From positions 1,088,001 through 1,152,000 of the forward strand of contig CAXXKT010000001.1 in assembly GCA_963662405.2 (NCBI GenBank): a stretch of 64,000 nucleotides of DNA, read 5' to 3'. Both the position numbers and the translations under genes were made by a program. Origin of the DNA: Syntrophales bacterium. GTDB lineage: Bacteria; Desulfobacterota; Syntrophia; Syntrophales; UBA2210. Each line of letters begins with the position of its first letter. Position 1 is the first letter of the stretch. Shown piece by piece: positions 10,715 to 20,991 of this stretch. The notes beneath the pieces were generated by a model, which saw nothing but the letters and a program-made list of their open reading frames with translations, was not told where the DNA came from and made no database searches.

Positions 10715-10839
10715 GAACGGGGGCTCCTACATGGTGCCCCCGTTCCCTCCAGCTGCAGCGTCAAGTCCTTGTTTCAAAAATTGCATCGCCTTTGTTTCAC
10801 GACGCATCCCCCTTCTTCACGGGAAAGGGATGCGTCGTG
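10715..10839. terminator. Two hairpins between convergent genes
   Basis: gaacgggggc...gcccccgttc (10715-10745) and cacgacgcatccc...gggatgcgtcgtg (10798-10839). Confidence 0.55.
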
Positions 10840-10858
10840 TTGAACGCGGTCGCTTGTG

Positions 10859-12532
10859 TTATTTCACCTTTTCTATCTTGATCAGACCACGGTTCGCCGT
10901 CGTCAGATAGATGTCCCCCTTGCCGCATACCGTCATGGGCGAGGGGAATTCGATGACCGGATAGCTCCCGATGGGGCTGTAGCTGACCGGGACGTCTTTC
11001 GCGATCAGGTCGAGCGCCAGGGTCTTTGGATTGATCCTGACAATCTTCTGGCCGGCGCCGTCGAGGACGAGCAGATTTCCCTTACCGTCACCCGCGAGGG
11101 CGACCGGTTTCCCGACCATTGAGGAGACCAGTACAGACTTCTTCCCCGAAGCGGGGTCAACTATGCTGATCCGTCCCGGTTTCGCCTCCGCCACATACAG
11201 GGCCCCGTCGATCAGGGCCAGCGCGAGGGGACCTTCCAGGTCCTTGGTGAGAACGGTTTTCGCGCCGTCGGTGAGACTGACCGCCGTGATCTGCCCTCCG
11301 GCATATTCGGCAACAAAGAGTTTTGACCCATCGCCGCTCATGAGCGCCGCTGCAGGGCGGTTCAGACCGCCGGCAACAGGCTTGAATTCTCCCGTCGCCG
11401 GGTTGCCGATGGCCACGGCGCCGTGAATGCAATCGGTCCAGAAGAGTTGATCGCCCGGCCCATCCGTCAGACTCAAGGTCAGAGGCATCCCGTGCGAGGC
11501 CCAGGCGTTCAGCTTGGTATAGTTGTATTTCCCGTCCGTTGCGTTCCGTATCATGATGGCATCGGCAACGAATATCGTCCCCTTCTTGACGACAAGGCCG
11601 AGGGGCTGGTTCGGGCCCGCAGGAAAGAGCTGTTTATAGGTGCCGCTCCCGTCGGTGGCGACCTCGTAGATCGTGGCGTTCCAGTAGCTGGTGACGAAGA
11701 GGCGACCTTCTTTCGTAATGGCCACGTTGTCCAGACCCGGGGGCAACTGGGCGAGTTTTTCCACCTTCGAACCGTCGAGACTCACCCGGTACACCACCCC
11801 GGAAAGGGTGGGGACATAGATCTTCTTCTCCGGGCCGATCGTCAGGGCGATACAGGAGGCGATCTTTTCCGCCACGGTGCTGATGGCGCCCGTATCGGGA
11901 TGTACCCTCAGGATCATCCCCGTCCCCAGGTCGGGGATGATCAGGTCGTTCGTATCGGGATCGAAATCGAAGCCCTCCGGGACGGGGATGATATCTTTAT
12001 CGATGAGAAGCCGCGCCTCCTTTTCCCCGGTGGGGTCGACTTCATAGACACGGTTTCCCTGAAAACACTCCGTAACGAAGAGTCGTCCCGTGCGTTTGTT
12101 ATATTCGATCCCGTTCGGGGCCGCCATCCCGTCGGCGATAATCGTCCGCACCCCGTTTTTATCGATTCGGTACACCTCCCCCACCAGCGGCGTCGTCCCC
12201 GTCGCGTAGATGTTTCCCTTGTCGTCTGCCGCGATATCGTCAATGATATATGACGCCTGGTACGGTTTGACGAAGGGCTCCGGTTTCATCGTCTTCAGGC
12301 TTATCTTCGTAATCGTGCCGTTCCCCGTGTGGCTCACATAGAGATCCCCGTCGGGACCGATGGTCGCGCCGTTCACCCCGGGAAACGGCGTGTCGCCAAT
12401 CAGCCTCACCGCCTGATAGCCCTTGTCCAGAACGGTTATCCCCTCCGCAAAGACCGTCCCGGACATGGCAAACGCATAGATTACACACACGGAAATGAAA
12501 GATACTGCCCATCTCTTCTTGATATGTCTCAT
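10859..12532 (-). CDS. Secreted SMP-30/gluconolactonase-like tandem beta-propeller protein
   Basis: Signal peptide; repeated blades (GATIGPDGDLYV, APNGIE, PEGFDFD, LDNVAI, PLALAL); AGGAGG RBS before the ATG at 12532. Confidence 0.8.
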   Translation of the reverse strand: MRHIKKRWAVSFISVCVIYAFAMSGTVFAEGITVLDKGYQAVRLIGDTPFPGVNGATIGPDGDLYVSHTGNGTITKISLKTMKPEPFVKPYQASYIIDDIAADDKGNIYATGTTPLVGEVYRIDKNGVRTIIADGMAAPNGIEYNKRTGRLFVTECFQGNRVYEVDPTGEKEARLLIDKDIIPVPEGFDFDPDTNDLIIPDLGTGMILRVHPDTGAISTVAEKIASCIALTIGPEKKIYVPTLSGVVYRVSLDGSKVEKLAQLPPGLDNVAITKEGRLFVTSYWNATIYEVATDGSGTYKQLFPAGPNQPLGLVVKKGTIFVADAIMIRNATDGKYNYTKLNAWASHGMPLTLSLTDGPGDQLFWTDCIHGAVAIGNPATGEFKPVAGGLNRPAAALMSGDGSKLFVAEYAGGQITAVSLTDGAKTVLTKDLEGPLALALIDGALYVAEAKPGRISIVDPASGKKSVLVSSMVGKPVALAGDGKGNLLVLDGAGQKIVRINPKTLALDLIAKDVPVSYSPIGSYPVIEFPSPMTVCGKGDIYLTTANRGLIKIEKVK

Positions 12533-12635
12533 ACGAATCCCTCCTTTGTGTGATGTTGCTGATGAACGGTATATGAAAAACGCTCCTCCTCTTTGCCGAA
12601 TGGAAGCGAATAGACCTTTCACCGGCGTGAGTCGG

Positions 12636-12650
12636 GCCAAAACCGTGCCG
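12636..12650 (-). promoter_or_regulatory. Possible sigma-54 promoter for the beta-propeller gene
   Basis: Minus strand CGGCACGGTTTTGGC has GG-N10-GC spacing, but the -12 box is imperfect. Confidence 0.3.
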
Positions 12651-13272
12651 CCACGGTATCGAGCCGGTATATCCCCCGTTTATGAACGATACGCTCTCAT
12701 ACGATCTGGTTGTAAATTGTGGTGTCAACTGCTTTTTATATGACGACATGGAGTCAAAGAAACCTGACTACCCCCCTGTTTCCACTTATGTATAAAACGA
12801 TATGTCCGTATCGGAGAGGCCGGTTTCCGGAGGTGCAGGGCATCGACATGAGGTGGTGTGATAAACAAATTGCATATACGCAGGGACACACGCAATCAGC
12901 ACTGTTCAATCGGCAGGGTAAAGATGCCAAATTTTTATACGAGTTCTTGCCCGTACAACAAAATCTCACATCTTGATGTGGTTCAAGGTGACATAACTAC
13001 ACGAGAAAAGCAAGGACTGAGTATACGATCGAATATAAAAGGGAACGCTCGTGTTCTCCGAACCGGCACAACATCCTCATCACGGAAAAAACGAGGACCG
13101 GACATGCGGACAACTCGTTTCCCGATCGCCTGATACATCATTCGTTGATAAAAGAATTATGAGAGTGTATGCTTTTCCCTGTCTTCGCCTTGATACGATT
13201 CTTCACGATGTGACAAACAGCGGCGGGGGATTTCTTCCATTATTTTTGCCGGTTCTCCGAGGGGGGTAATCG

Positions 13273-14610
13273 ATGCAAAAGATCGTAGGTGCCGTCAAGC
13301 GTTTCGTCGATTTTATCAGGGGTGACGTCTGGCGGGTTCGTCTCAAGGACCTGCCGCGCAGACAATCCTTTCTTATCAAACAGTTGCGGGTCTTTCTCCT
13401 TTCGGTCCGCGGATTCGACGAGGACAAATGCCAGCTCCGGGCGTCGGCCCTCACCTTTTATTCCCTGATTTCCATTGTCCCCGTGGCGGCCATGGTCTTC
13501 GGCATCGCCAAAGGATTCGGTTTCGAGAAGCGTCTCCAGACACAGCTCCTGGAACAGTTCCAGGGGCAGGAGGAGGTGATTACGCGGGTCATCACCTTCG
13601 CCCAATCACTTCTCGCCAACACGAAAGGGGGGCTGATTGCCGGGATCGGTGTCGTCCTCCTCTTCTGGGCGGTCATCAAGGTTTTGGGGAATATCGAGGA
13701 ATCGTTCAACGATATCTGGGGGATACGAGAACAAAGGAGGCTGGGGAGAAAATTCAGCGACTACCTTTCCGTGATGCTCCTCGGCCCGATTCTCATGATC
13801 CTGTCGAGCAGTGCCACGGTCTTTATCACCACCCAGGTGACGCTGATCATGGAGAAGATCGCCCTCCTGGGGATTTTCAGTTCCCTGGTCTCGCTTGTCC
13901 TCACGCTGCTCCCCTACGGGATCGTCTGGGTCCTCTTCTCCTTCCTCTACATCTTCATGCCCAACACCCGGGTCAAATTCAGCTCGGGCATCATCGGCGG
14001 GATTATTGCCGGGACGATCTACCAGGTCGTCCAGTTCGGGTATATCACCTTCCAGGTGGGGGTCGCGAAGTACAACGCGATCTACGGGAGCTTCGCCGCC
14101 CTCCCCCTGTTTCTCATCTGGCTGCAGCTCAGCTGGTTGATCGTTCTCTTCGGGGCCGAATTCTCCTTCGCCCACCAGAATGTTGACACCTACGAGTTCG
14201 AACCCGATTCCCTCAAGATCAGCGGCACCTTCAAGCGGCTCCTCTCCCTACGGATCGCTCATCTCCTGGTCACGAACTTCGCCCAGGGGGAACGGCCGCT
14301 GACGGCGACACAGATATCACACCGTCTGGAGACACCGATCCGCCTGGTGCACCAGATCCTCTTTGAACTGACCGCCTCCGGGATCGTTTCCGACACCCGG
14401 ACGGAGGAATACAAAGAACCGGGCTACCAACCCGCCCGCGACATCAACACCCTCACCATACGGTTCATCATCGATGCCCTCGAAGATCAGGGAACGGACG
14501 CGATCCCCGTGGCCGAAACCGAAGAGGGGAAGGCCCTCTCCACGATACTGCAGACCTTCCGGGACGAGGTGGCACAATCCCCGTCGAACCGGCTGTTGAA
14601 GGACATATAG
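13273..14610 (+). CDS. YihY/BrkB family membrane protein with a C-terminal winged-helix-like domain
   Basis: ASALTFYSLISIVP, YNAIYGSFAALP.FLIW..LSW...LFGAE. Confidence 0.9.
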   Translation: MQKIVGAVKRFVDFIRGDVWRVRLKDLPRRQSFLIKQLRVFLLSVRGFDEDKCQLRASALTFYSLISIVPVAAMVFGIAKGFGFEKRLQTQLLEQFQGQEEVITRVITFAQSLLANTKGGLIAGIGVVLLFWAVIKVLGNIEESFNDIWGIREQRRLGRKFSDYLSVMLLGPILMILSSSATVFITTQVTLIMEKIALLGIFSSLVSLVLTLLPYGIVWVLFSFLYIFMPNTRVKFSSGIIGGIIAGTIYQVVQFGYITFQVGVAKYNAIYGSFAALPLFLIWLQLSWLIVLFGAEFSFAHQNVDTYEFEPDSLKISGTFKRLLSLRIAHLLVTNFAQGERPLTATQISHRLETPIRLVHQILFELTASGIVSDTRTEEYKEPGYQPARDINTLTIRFIIDALEDQGTDAIPVAETEEGKALSTILQTFRDEVAQSPSNRLLKDI

Positions 14611-14683
14611 GAACAACAAATGGCCGGTCGTGGTATGTACAGGTCTGCACAGTTACACACTTGAATGAAAGGAGAGCGTTTCC

Positions 14684-16186
14684 ATGGGCGCGTTCAAGGA
14701 ATATGACACATACGACGGTCTCGGGATGGCCGAGCTCGTCAGGAAGAAGGACATTTCACCCGCGGAACTCTGCGAAGAGGCGATAGGGCGGATCGAACGG
14801 CTCAACCCCGCGCTGAACGCGGTCATCAATCCCATGTTCGATCTGGGGCGAAAGGATATCGAAAACGGTCTCCCCGACGGTCCCTTCAGCGGGGTTCCCT
14901 TTCTCCTGAAAGACCTGGTCGCGGCGTATGCCGGGGTCCCCATGACCGGCGGGAGCCGGGCGTATCGGAACTACGTCCCGGATGAGGACTGTGAACTGGT
15001 CACGCGGTTCAAGAAGGCCGGCGTCGTGATCATGGGAAAGACGAACTGCCCGGAATGGGGTCTCTTGGGGATCACCGAGCCGGAACTGTTCGGGCCGACC
15101 CGCAACCCCTGGAATACCGACCATACGCCGGGCGGTTCGAGCGGCGGCTCCGCGGCCGCCGTCGCGGGCGGGATGGTTCCCATCGCCTCGGGGGGAGACG
15201 GCGGCGGTTCCATCCGCATCCCCTCGTCGTGCTGCGCCCTCTTCGGTCTCAAACCGACACGGGGCCGCAACCCCACCGGCCCGGAACACGGCGCGATCTG
15301 GCAGGGCGCCGTCGTTGAACATATCATTACCCGTTCTGTCAGGGACAGCGCGGCCATGCTGGACGCGACCTGCGGGACCGATGTGGGGGCTCCCTATATC
15401 ATCCCCGTGCCGGAGCGGCCGTACAGGGAAGAAATCGAAAAAGAGCCGGGTCCGCTGAAGATAGCCTTCAATACCCGTTCACCCGTGGAAACCGAGGTAC
15501 ACCCCGAGTGCGTACAGGCCGTGGAGGAAACGGCCCGGCTCCTCGAAGGACTCGGGCACACGGTTGTGGAGGATCGTCCTGCTATCGACGGCAAGGCCCT
15601 GGCGACCAGCTACTTCACCATGTATATGGGCGAGATAGCGGCCGATATAGAGGAACTGGAGCCCATACTGGGCCGGAAGGCGAAAAAGAGTGATGTGGAG
15701 GCCCTGACATGGATCTTTAACCTTCTTGGCCGCGCCTATTCCGCGGGCTATTTCGTCGAACAGTTGCGCCAGTGGGGAATGGCCTCCCGGGCGATGGGGC
15801 GCTTTCATGAGCAGTATGACCTCTACCTCACGCCGACCACCGCCTCCCCTCCCGTCAGGGTGGGGGAACTGCAGCCGAAACCCGCCGAGCGTGCCCTCCT
15901 GGGCGTCGTGAATGCTCTGGGGGGATTGGGGGGAAAATTGTTGAAACTCTCCGGCGTCATGGAAACGATCGCGGTGGAGAGCCTGGCGAAGACCCCCTTC
16001 ACGCAACTGGCAAACTTCACCGGCCAGCCCGCGATGTCCGTCCCCCTGCACTGGACGGCAGAGGGCCTGCCCTGCGGGGTCCAGTTCATCGGACGGTTCG
16101 GAGACGAAGCGACGCTGTTCCGCCTGGCGGCCCAACTGGAACAGGCACAGCCCTGGTTCGATAAGAGGCCGCCGGTGGTTGGATAA
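14684..16186 (+). CDS. Amidase (amidase signature family)
   Basis: PFLLKD, TPGGSSGGSAAAVA, GGDGGGSIRIP. Confidence 0.93.
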   Translation: MGAFKEYDTYDGLGMAELVRKKDISPAELCEEAIGRIERLNPALNAVINPMFDLGRKDIENGLPDGPFSGVPFLLKDLVAAYAGVPMTGGSRAYRNYVPDEDCELVTRFKKAGVVIMGKTNCPEWGLLGITEPELFGPTRNPWNTDHTPGGSSGGSAAAVAGGMVPIASGGDGGGSIRIPSSCCALFGLKPTRGRNPTGPEHGAIWQGAVVEHIITRSVRDSAAMLDATCGTDVGAPYIIPVPERPYREEIEKEPGPLKIAFNTRSPVETEVHPECVQAVEETARLLEGLGHTVVEDRPAIDGKALATSYFTMYMGEIAADIEELEPILGRKAKKSDVEALTWIFNLLGRAYSAGYFVEQLRQWGMASRAMGRFHEQYDLYLTPTTASPPVRVGELQPKPAERALLGVVNALGGLGGKLLKLSGVMETIAVESLAKTPFTQLANFTGQPAMSVPLHWTAEGLPCGVQFIGRFGDEATLFRLAAQLEQAQPWFDKRPPVVG

Positions 16187-16392
16187 GTGCGGCTCGCGAA
16201 AATGCGCATTTGGTGAAGCGTGGCGGTTATAAAAAATCGTTGGGCGCTCGGCAATATGAATTCTCCAGCGGCTTGTTTCGACGCTTTCCTACTGTGTGTG
16301 CTGTTATTCAAAGAGGGGCATAGAGATCAGGTTACATTCGACACGCCTCGATATACTATTTTGTATAAATATCATTTCTGCATATTTTTCTC

Positions 16393-16436
16393 TTGACGAA
16401 ACCACCCTCCTTATTTATATTATGCTGTAACAGCAT
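16393..16436 (+). promoter_or_regulatory. Sigma-70 promoter of the RM locus with an adjacent palindrome
   Basis: TTGACG (16393)-17 bp-TATATT (16416), followed directly by ATGCTG-taa-CAGCAT (16422-16436). Confidence 0.55.
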
Positions 16437-16441
16437 TTCTG

Positions 16442-17038
16442 ATGAATAAAATGGAGCGGCCGGTGATAGTTCCATTAAAAGACATAGCATCGATTCAAAT
16501 GGGGTACTCATTCCGAAGTCGCCTTGAATCAAGTACTGCAGGGACGGTAGCCGTTCTCCAGATGAAGGATTTGACGGATCGGAACCATGTGGACAGAAGT
16601 GATCCGGTTTTTGTTGACATGGAGATCCCCGCCAAGCACCATCTGTTAAAAGAGGGAGATCTTATTTTCCGGTCCCGCGGTCTGTCATCAACATCGGCGA
16701 TTCTCGACGAAGATCCCGGTACGGCCGTGGTTTCAGCGCCCCTTTTGCGGATCAGGATTACAAGTCCCAATGTCCTGCCCGAATATCTCAACTGGTTTAT
16801 CAGCCAGCCTCCCGCGCAGGCCTTTTTTACGAGCCGGGCGGATGGCACGGCACAGAGAATAATCAACAAAGAAACATTGGAGCACCTCGAAGTGTTTGTT
16901 CCTCCTCTTGAGAAGCAAAAGATGATAATTGCGCTGGCTTCTCTGATGGATAGAGAACAGGAGATCATGAAAAAACTGGCGGCGAAACGCAGGCAATACA
17001 CTTCAGCGATCTTAATGCGTCTGGCAGAAGGAGAATAA
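16442..17038 (+). CDS. hsdS: Half-size type I RM specificity subunit (single TRD plus helical arm)
   Basis: LKDIA start, LKEGDLIF, PEYLNWFI, VPPLEKQKMI followed by a coiled-coil tail; lies directly upstream of hsdM. Confidence 0.75.
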   Translation: MNKMERPVIVPLKDIASIQMGYSFRSRLESSTAGTVAVLQMKDLTDRNHVDRSDPVFVDMEIPAKHHLLKEGDLIFRSRGLSSTSAILDEDPGTAVVSAPLLRIRITSPNVLPEYLNWFISQPPAQAFFTSRADGTAQRIINKETLEHLEVFVPPLEKQKMIIALASLMDREQEIMKKLAAKRRQYTSAILMRLAEGE

Positions 17039-17042
17039 TACG

Positions 17043-18599
17043 ATGACGGCGAAAAAAATCGATCAGAAAGACATCAACAATACGGCTTGGGCGGCCTGTG
17101 ACACCTTCCGGGGGGTTGTCGATCCGGCGCAGTACAAGGATTACATCCTGGTCATGCTCTTTTTGAAATATATTTCCGATGTCTGGAAAGATCACTATGA
17201 AAAATATCGCGACCAATATGGCGACGACGATGTCCGTATCCGCCGCAAGCTTGGACGCGAGCGCTTTGTCCTGCCCTATGCGGAGCTGAAGGATCACAAT
17301 ACCGGTGCGGTGGAGGATCGATTCCTCGCCGACTATTACAGTCTCTATGAACGCCGTAGCGCGCCGAATATCGGCGAACTGATCAATATCGTACTGGACG
17401 CGGTCGAGGAGGCGAACAAGGCAAAGCTGGAAGGGGTCTTTCGCAACATAGATTTCAACAGCGAAAATCTCGGCAAAACGAAAGAACGAAACCGCCGCCT
17501 GAAAAACCTTCTGGAGGATTTTCACAAGCCCCAGTTGAACATGAGCCCCAGCAAGGTCTCGGAGGATGTAATCGGCAATACATACATCTACCTGATTGAA
17601 CGTTTTGCCGCCGACGCAGGAAAGAAGGCCGGAGAATTCTATACCCCGCACAAGGTCTCCGAACTGGTTGCCAAGCTGGCCGCACCGCAAAAGGGTAACC
17701 GCATCTGTGACCCGGCCTGCGGTTCCGGCGGACTTTTGATCGAGGCTTCCAGAGCGGTCAACGATCGCGATTTTGCCCTCTTCGGGATGGAATCCAACGG
17801 CAGCACCTGGGCGCTGGCGCGGATGAACATGTTCCTGCACGGGGCCGACTCAGCCCGCATCGAATGGTGCGACACCCTCAACAGCCCCGCGCTGGTGGAA
17901 AAGGACCGACTGATGAAATTCGACAGAGTCGTTGCCAATCCGCCCTTCTCTCTCGACAAGTGGGGGGCCGAAGAGGCGCAGAACGATCGGTATAACCGCT
18001 TCTGGCGGGGGGTGCCTCCGAAAAGCAAAGGCGACTGGGCATTCATCAGCCACATGATCGAGGCTGCCATCGAAAAAGAGGGGCGTGTGGCCGTCGTGGT
18101 TCCCCACGGTGTCCTTTTCCGCGGGGCTGCCGAGGGACGTATCCGGACGCACGTGATAGAAGAAAATCTTTTGGATGCCGTCGTCGGCCTGCCGGGCAAT
18201 CTCTTTCCCACCACCTCGATTCCCGTCGCCATCCTGGTCTTTGACCGAAGCCGCGAAAAAGGCGGCCCTCAGGAGTCCCGCAGGGATGTGATCTTTGTCG
18301 ATGCTGGCCGCGATTATCTGCCCGGTAAAAATCGGAATGCCCTTTCCGACGAGCATATCAAGAAGATCATCGAAACCGTCACGGCCCGGCAAGATGTCGA
18401 AAAATATGCCCACGTGGCGACATTCGAGGAAATCAGGGAAAACGATTTCAACCTCAATATCCCCCGCTATGTGGACACCTTCGAGGAAGAGGAAGAGATC
18501 GACATCGACGCCGTTCAGAAAGAAATCGACCAGTTGGAAAGCGAGCTGATCGACGTGCGGGCGAAGATGGCAAAGATGCTCCAAGAGATCGAGCAATGA
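17043..18599 (+). CDS. hsdM: Type I RM methyltransferase subunit M
   Basis: GEFYTP, DPACGSGG SAM-binding motif, NPPF catalytic motif, PHGVLFRG, NLNIPRYVD. Confidence 0.96.
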   Translation: MTAKKIDQKDINNTAWAACDTFRGVVDPAQYKDYILVMLFLKYISDVWKDHYEKYRDQYGDDDVRIRRKLGRERFVLPYAELKDHNTGAVEDRFLADYYSLYERRSAPNIGELINIVLDAVEEANKAKLEGVFRNIDFNSENLGKTKERNRRLKNLLEDFHKPQLNMSPSKVSEDVIGNTYIYLIERFAADAGKKAGEFYTPHKVSELVAKLAAPQKGNRICDPACGSGGLLIEASRAVNDRDFALFGMESNGSTWALARMNMFLHGADSARIEWCDTLNSPALVEKDRLMKFDRVVANPPFSLDKWGAEEAQNDRYNRFWRGVPPKSKGDWAFISHMIEAAIEKEGRVAVVVPHGVLFRGAAEGRIRTHVIEENLLDAVVGLPGNLFPTTSIPVAILVFDRSREKGGPQESRRDVIFVDAGRDYLPGKNRNALSDEHIKKIIETVTARQDVEKYAHVATFEEIRENDFNLNIPRYVDTFEEEEEIDIDAVQKEIDQLESELIDVRAKMAKMLQEIEQ

Positions 18600-18769
18600 G
18601 ACGCAGCCGGATTCACTCTACGCAATCTTGCGCACACAACCATGTCGAGGATGTCCTCGAAATGGCCAAATCTCCTCGGCAGACATTGGATAACCGCTCC
18701 TTTGACCATTTTTACCATGCGGTAAAAATGGTTGTGAACGAAATTCAGACTGCAACAGGAGGAATGTAA
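18596..18769 (+). other. Short 57-codon ORF or gene fragment with two DinD-like palindromic motifs
   Basis: ATGA overlap with the hsdM stop. Encodes NHVEDVLEM and DHFYHAVKMV. Inverted repeats at 18640-18665 and 18705-18732. Confidence 0.35.
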
Positions 18770-19837
18770 ATGACCGAAAACCTGCCTGTAAAAAGTGAGC
18801 TTCTCGTGTACCAGACCGATGACGGCCAGGTGAAACTGGAGGTCCGCCTGGAAAACGAGACGGTGTGGCTTACCCAGCAGATGATGGCCGAACTATTTCA
18901 AACGACCCAGCAGAACATCAGTCTCCATATCAAAAACATATATGAGGAAGGCGAATTGTCTGCCGAGGGAACTCACAAGAAATTCTTGTCAGTTCGACAG
19001 GAGGGCAATAGAAACATCAAACGTTATCTCGACTACTACAACCTGGACATGATCATTTCCGTCGGCTACCGCGTCAAGAGCCTGATCGCCACCCGCTTCC
19101 GCATCTGGGCTACCCAGCGTCTCAAAGAGTATATCGTCAAAGGGTTCGTCATGGACGATGAACGGCTGAAAAATCCCCCGGTTGCCGGGTCGGCCATCCC
19201 CGATTATTTCGACGAGATGCTGGAGCGCATCCGTGACATCCGCGCCAGCGAACGCCGCATGTACCTGCGTGTGCGGGAGATATTCTCCCTGGCGGGTGAT
19301 TACGATCCCTCCTGGTCGGAGACCACAAAATTCTTCAGCGTGATCCAGAACAAACTGCACTTTGCCGCCACCGGCCTCACGGCGGCGGAACTGATCAAAA
19401 GCCGGGCGGATCACACCCTGCCCAACATGGGCCTGACAAGCTGGAAGGCCGGCGACGTCCGCAAGACCGATGTGACAATCGCCAAGAACTATCTGGGTGA
19501 GAACGAGATCGACGGGCTGAACCGGATCGTGGTCATGTGGCTGGACTATGCCGAGGATCAGGCTAAATGCCGCAAACAGGTCTTCATGAAGGACTGGGAA
19601 AAAAAACTGGACGAGTTTCTGGCATTCAATGAACGCAGGGTTCTTCCCCACGCCGGAAGCGTCAGCAAGAAGGACGCCGACGATTTCGCGAAAAAGGAAT
19701 ATGACAAGTTTACCCGCCGCCGCCGGGAATACAAGGAGGCCATCGGGGAGGAAGAGACTATCAAACAGCTTGAAGAGGCAGCGAAGCAGGTGAAGTGGAA
19801 ACAGAAGAAATCGGATGTGGTGAAAAATGACGAATAG
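18770..19837 (+). CDS. rhuM: RhuM family protein
   Basis: ETVWLTQQMMAELF, YNLDMIISVGYRVKS, TRFRIWAT, ERIRDIRASERR. Confidence 0.9.
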   Translation: MTENLPVKSELLVYQTDDGQVKLEVRLENETVWLTQQMMAELFQTTQQNISLHIKNIYEEGELSAEGTHKKFLSVRQEGNRNIKRYLDYYNLDMIISVGYRVKSLIATRFRIWATQRLKEYIVKGFVMDDERLKNPPVAGSAIPDYFDEMLERIRDIRASERRMYLRVREIFSLAGDYDPSWSETTKFFSVIQNKLHFAATGLTAAELIKSRADHTLPNMGLTSWKAGDVRKTDVTIAKNYLGENEIDGLNRIVVMWLDYAEDQAKCRKQVFMKDWEKKLDEFLAFNERRVLPHAGSVSKKDADDFAKKEYDKFTRRRREYKEAIGEEETIKQLEEAAKQVKWKQKKSDVVKNDE

Positions 19838-20984
19838 AATATGGCTAAAAACCACATTAGGAGAACTTGCTACCAAGATTACTAGTGGTTCAAGAGGATG
19901 GGCGAAGTACTATTCACGTAATGGAGCTTTATTTCTTAGGATGACTAACTTGTCTAAAAATGGCATTAATCTCATGTTGCATGACAAAAAATATGTTTCC
20001 TTGAAATCCCTATCTCGTGAAGGGCAAAGAACAAGAGTTGAGAAAAATGACATCCTGATCTCAATCACCGCAGAACTCGGGAAGATCGGGTTTGTAGAAG
20101 ATGAACTTGGCGAAGCTTACGTTAACCAGCATGTTGCCTTGGTGCGCATAACTTCAAAACAGGCTAACCCAAAATTTGTCGCATATTATCTTGCGGAAGC
20201 CAATCAGAGAAACCTCTGGCAAAGACTAAACGATTCGGGTGCTAAGGCGGGGTTAAACCTACAGACAATAAATAAATACCCTATATACTTACCTTCATTA
20301 GCGGAACAAAACACCACCGCAGATTTGCTTTCCACTTGGGACCAGGCCATCGAAAAGGCTGAGCGGCTGATTGCAGCCAAGGAAAAAAGGTATTCGTGGT
20401 TACTAAGGAGGATGATCACAAAAGAATGTACACAGCCTGGGTGGAAACAGTCGAAGTTAAAGGATATTCTTGGAAAAGAATTGATCATTGAAAAAGGAAA
20501 AGCTCTCAGAAAGGACGATATTATCTAAGGAGAGACACCTGTTGTTGCTGGTGGGCAAACATATGCTTATTATCACGGCATAGCAACTCACGAAATGGCA
20601 ACAGTAACTGTCAGTGCGTCAGGCGCCTATGCTGGTTTTGTTTGGTACCATGATTACCCTATTTGGGCCTCCGACTGTAATGTTATATATGCAAAAAATG
20701 CTTTGCTTCAGTTCTTCTACTATGCCCTTAAATCCTTACAGGATAAAATTTATGCTCTTCAATCTGGTGGTGCACAGCCTCATGTGTATGAAAAAGATCT
20801 CAAAAATCTCATTATACCGGTTCCCCCGATTGAAATTCAAAAAGAAATCGTTAGTCTTCTTAATAATTCCAGGATGGAAATCGATCTTCTCAAAAAGCAG
20901 GCCGACGCCTACCGCAGACAGAAACGCGGCCTCATGCAGAAACTTCTGACCGGACAGTGGTGGATGAGAACAGAGAAAGGATGA
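19827..20984 (+). pseudogene. hsdS: Type I RM specificity subunit (two TRDs) interrupted by an in-frame TAA at 20526-20528
   Basis: ORFs 19827-20528 and 20595-20984 are in the same frame. Read-through gives ...KDDII*GETPVVAGGQ...; conserved regions LPSLAEQ and PPIEIQ...KRGLMQKLLTG are present. Confidence 0.88.
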
Positions 20985-20991
20985 TTATAAC

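Noticed and set aside
20526..20528. Recoding (Sec/Pyl) of the hsdS internal stop
   Set aside because: The codon is TAA, not TGA or TAG, and TAA ends many normal genes in this window.
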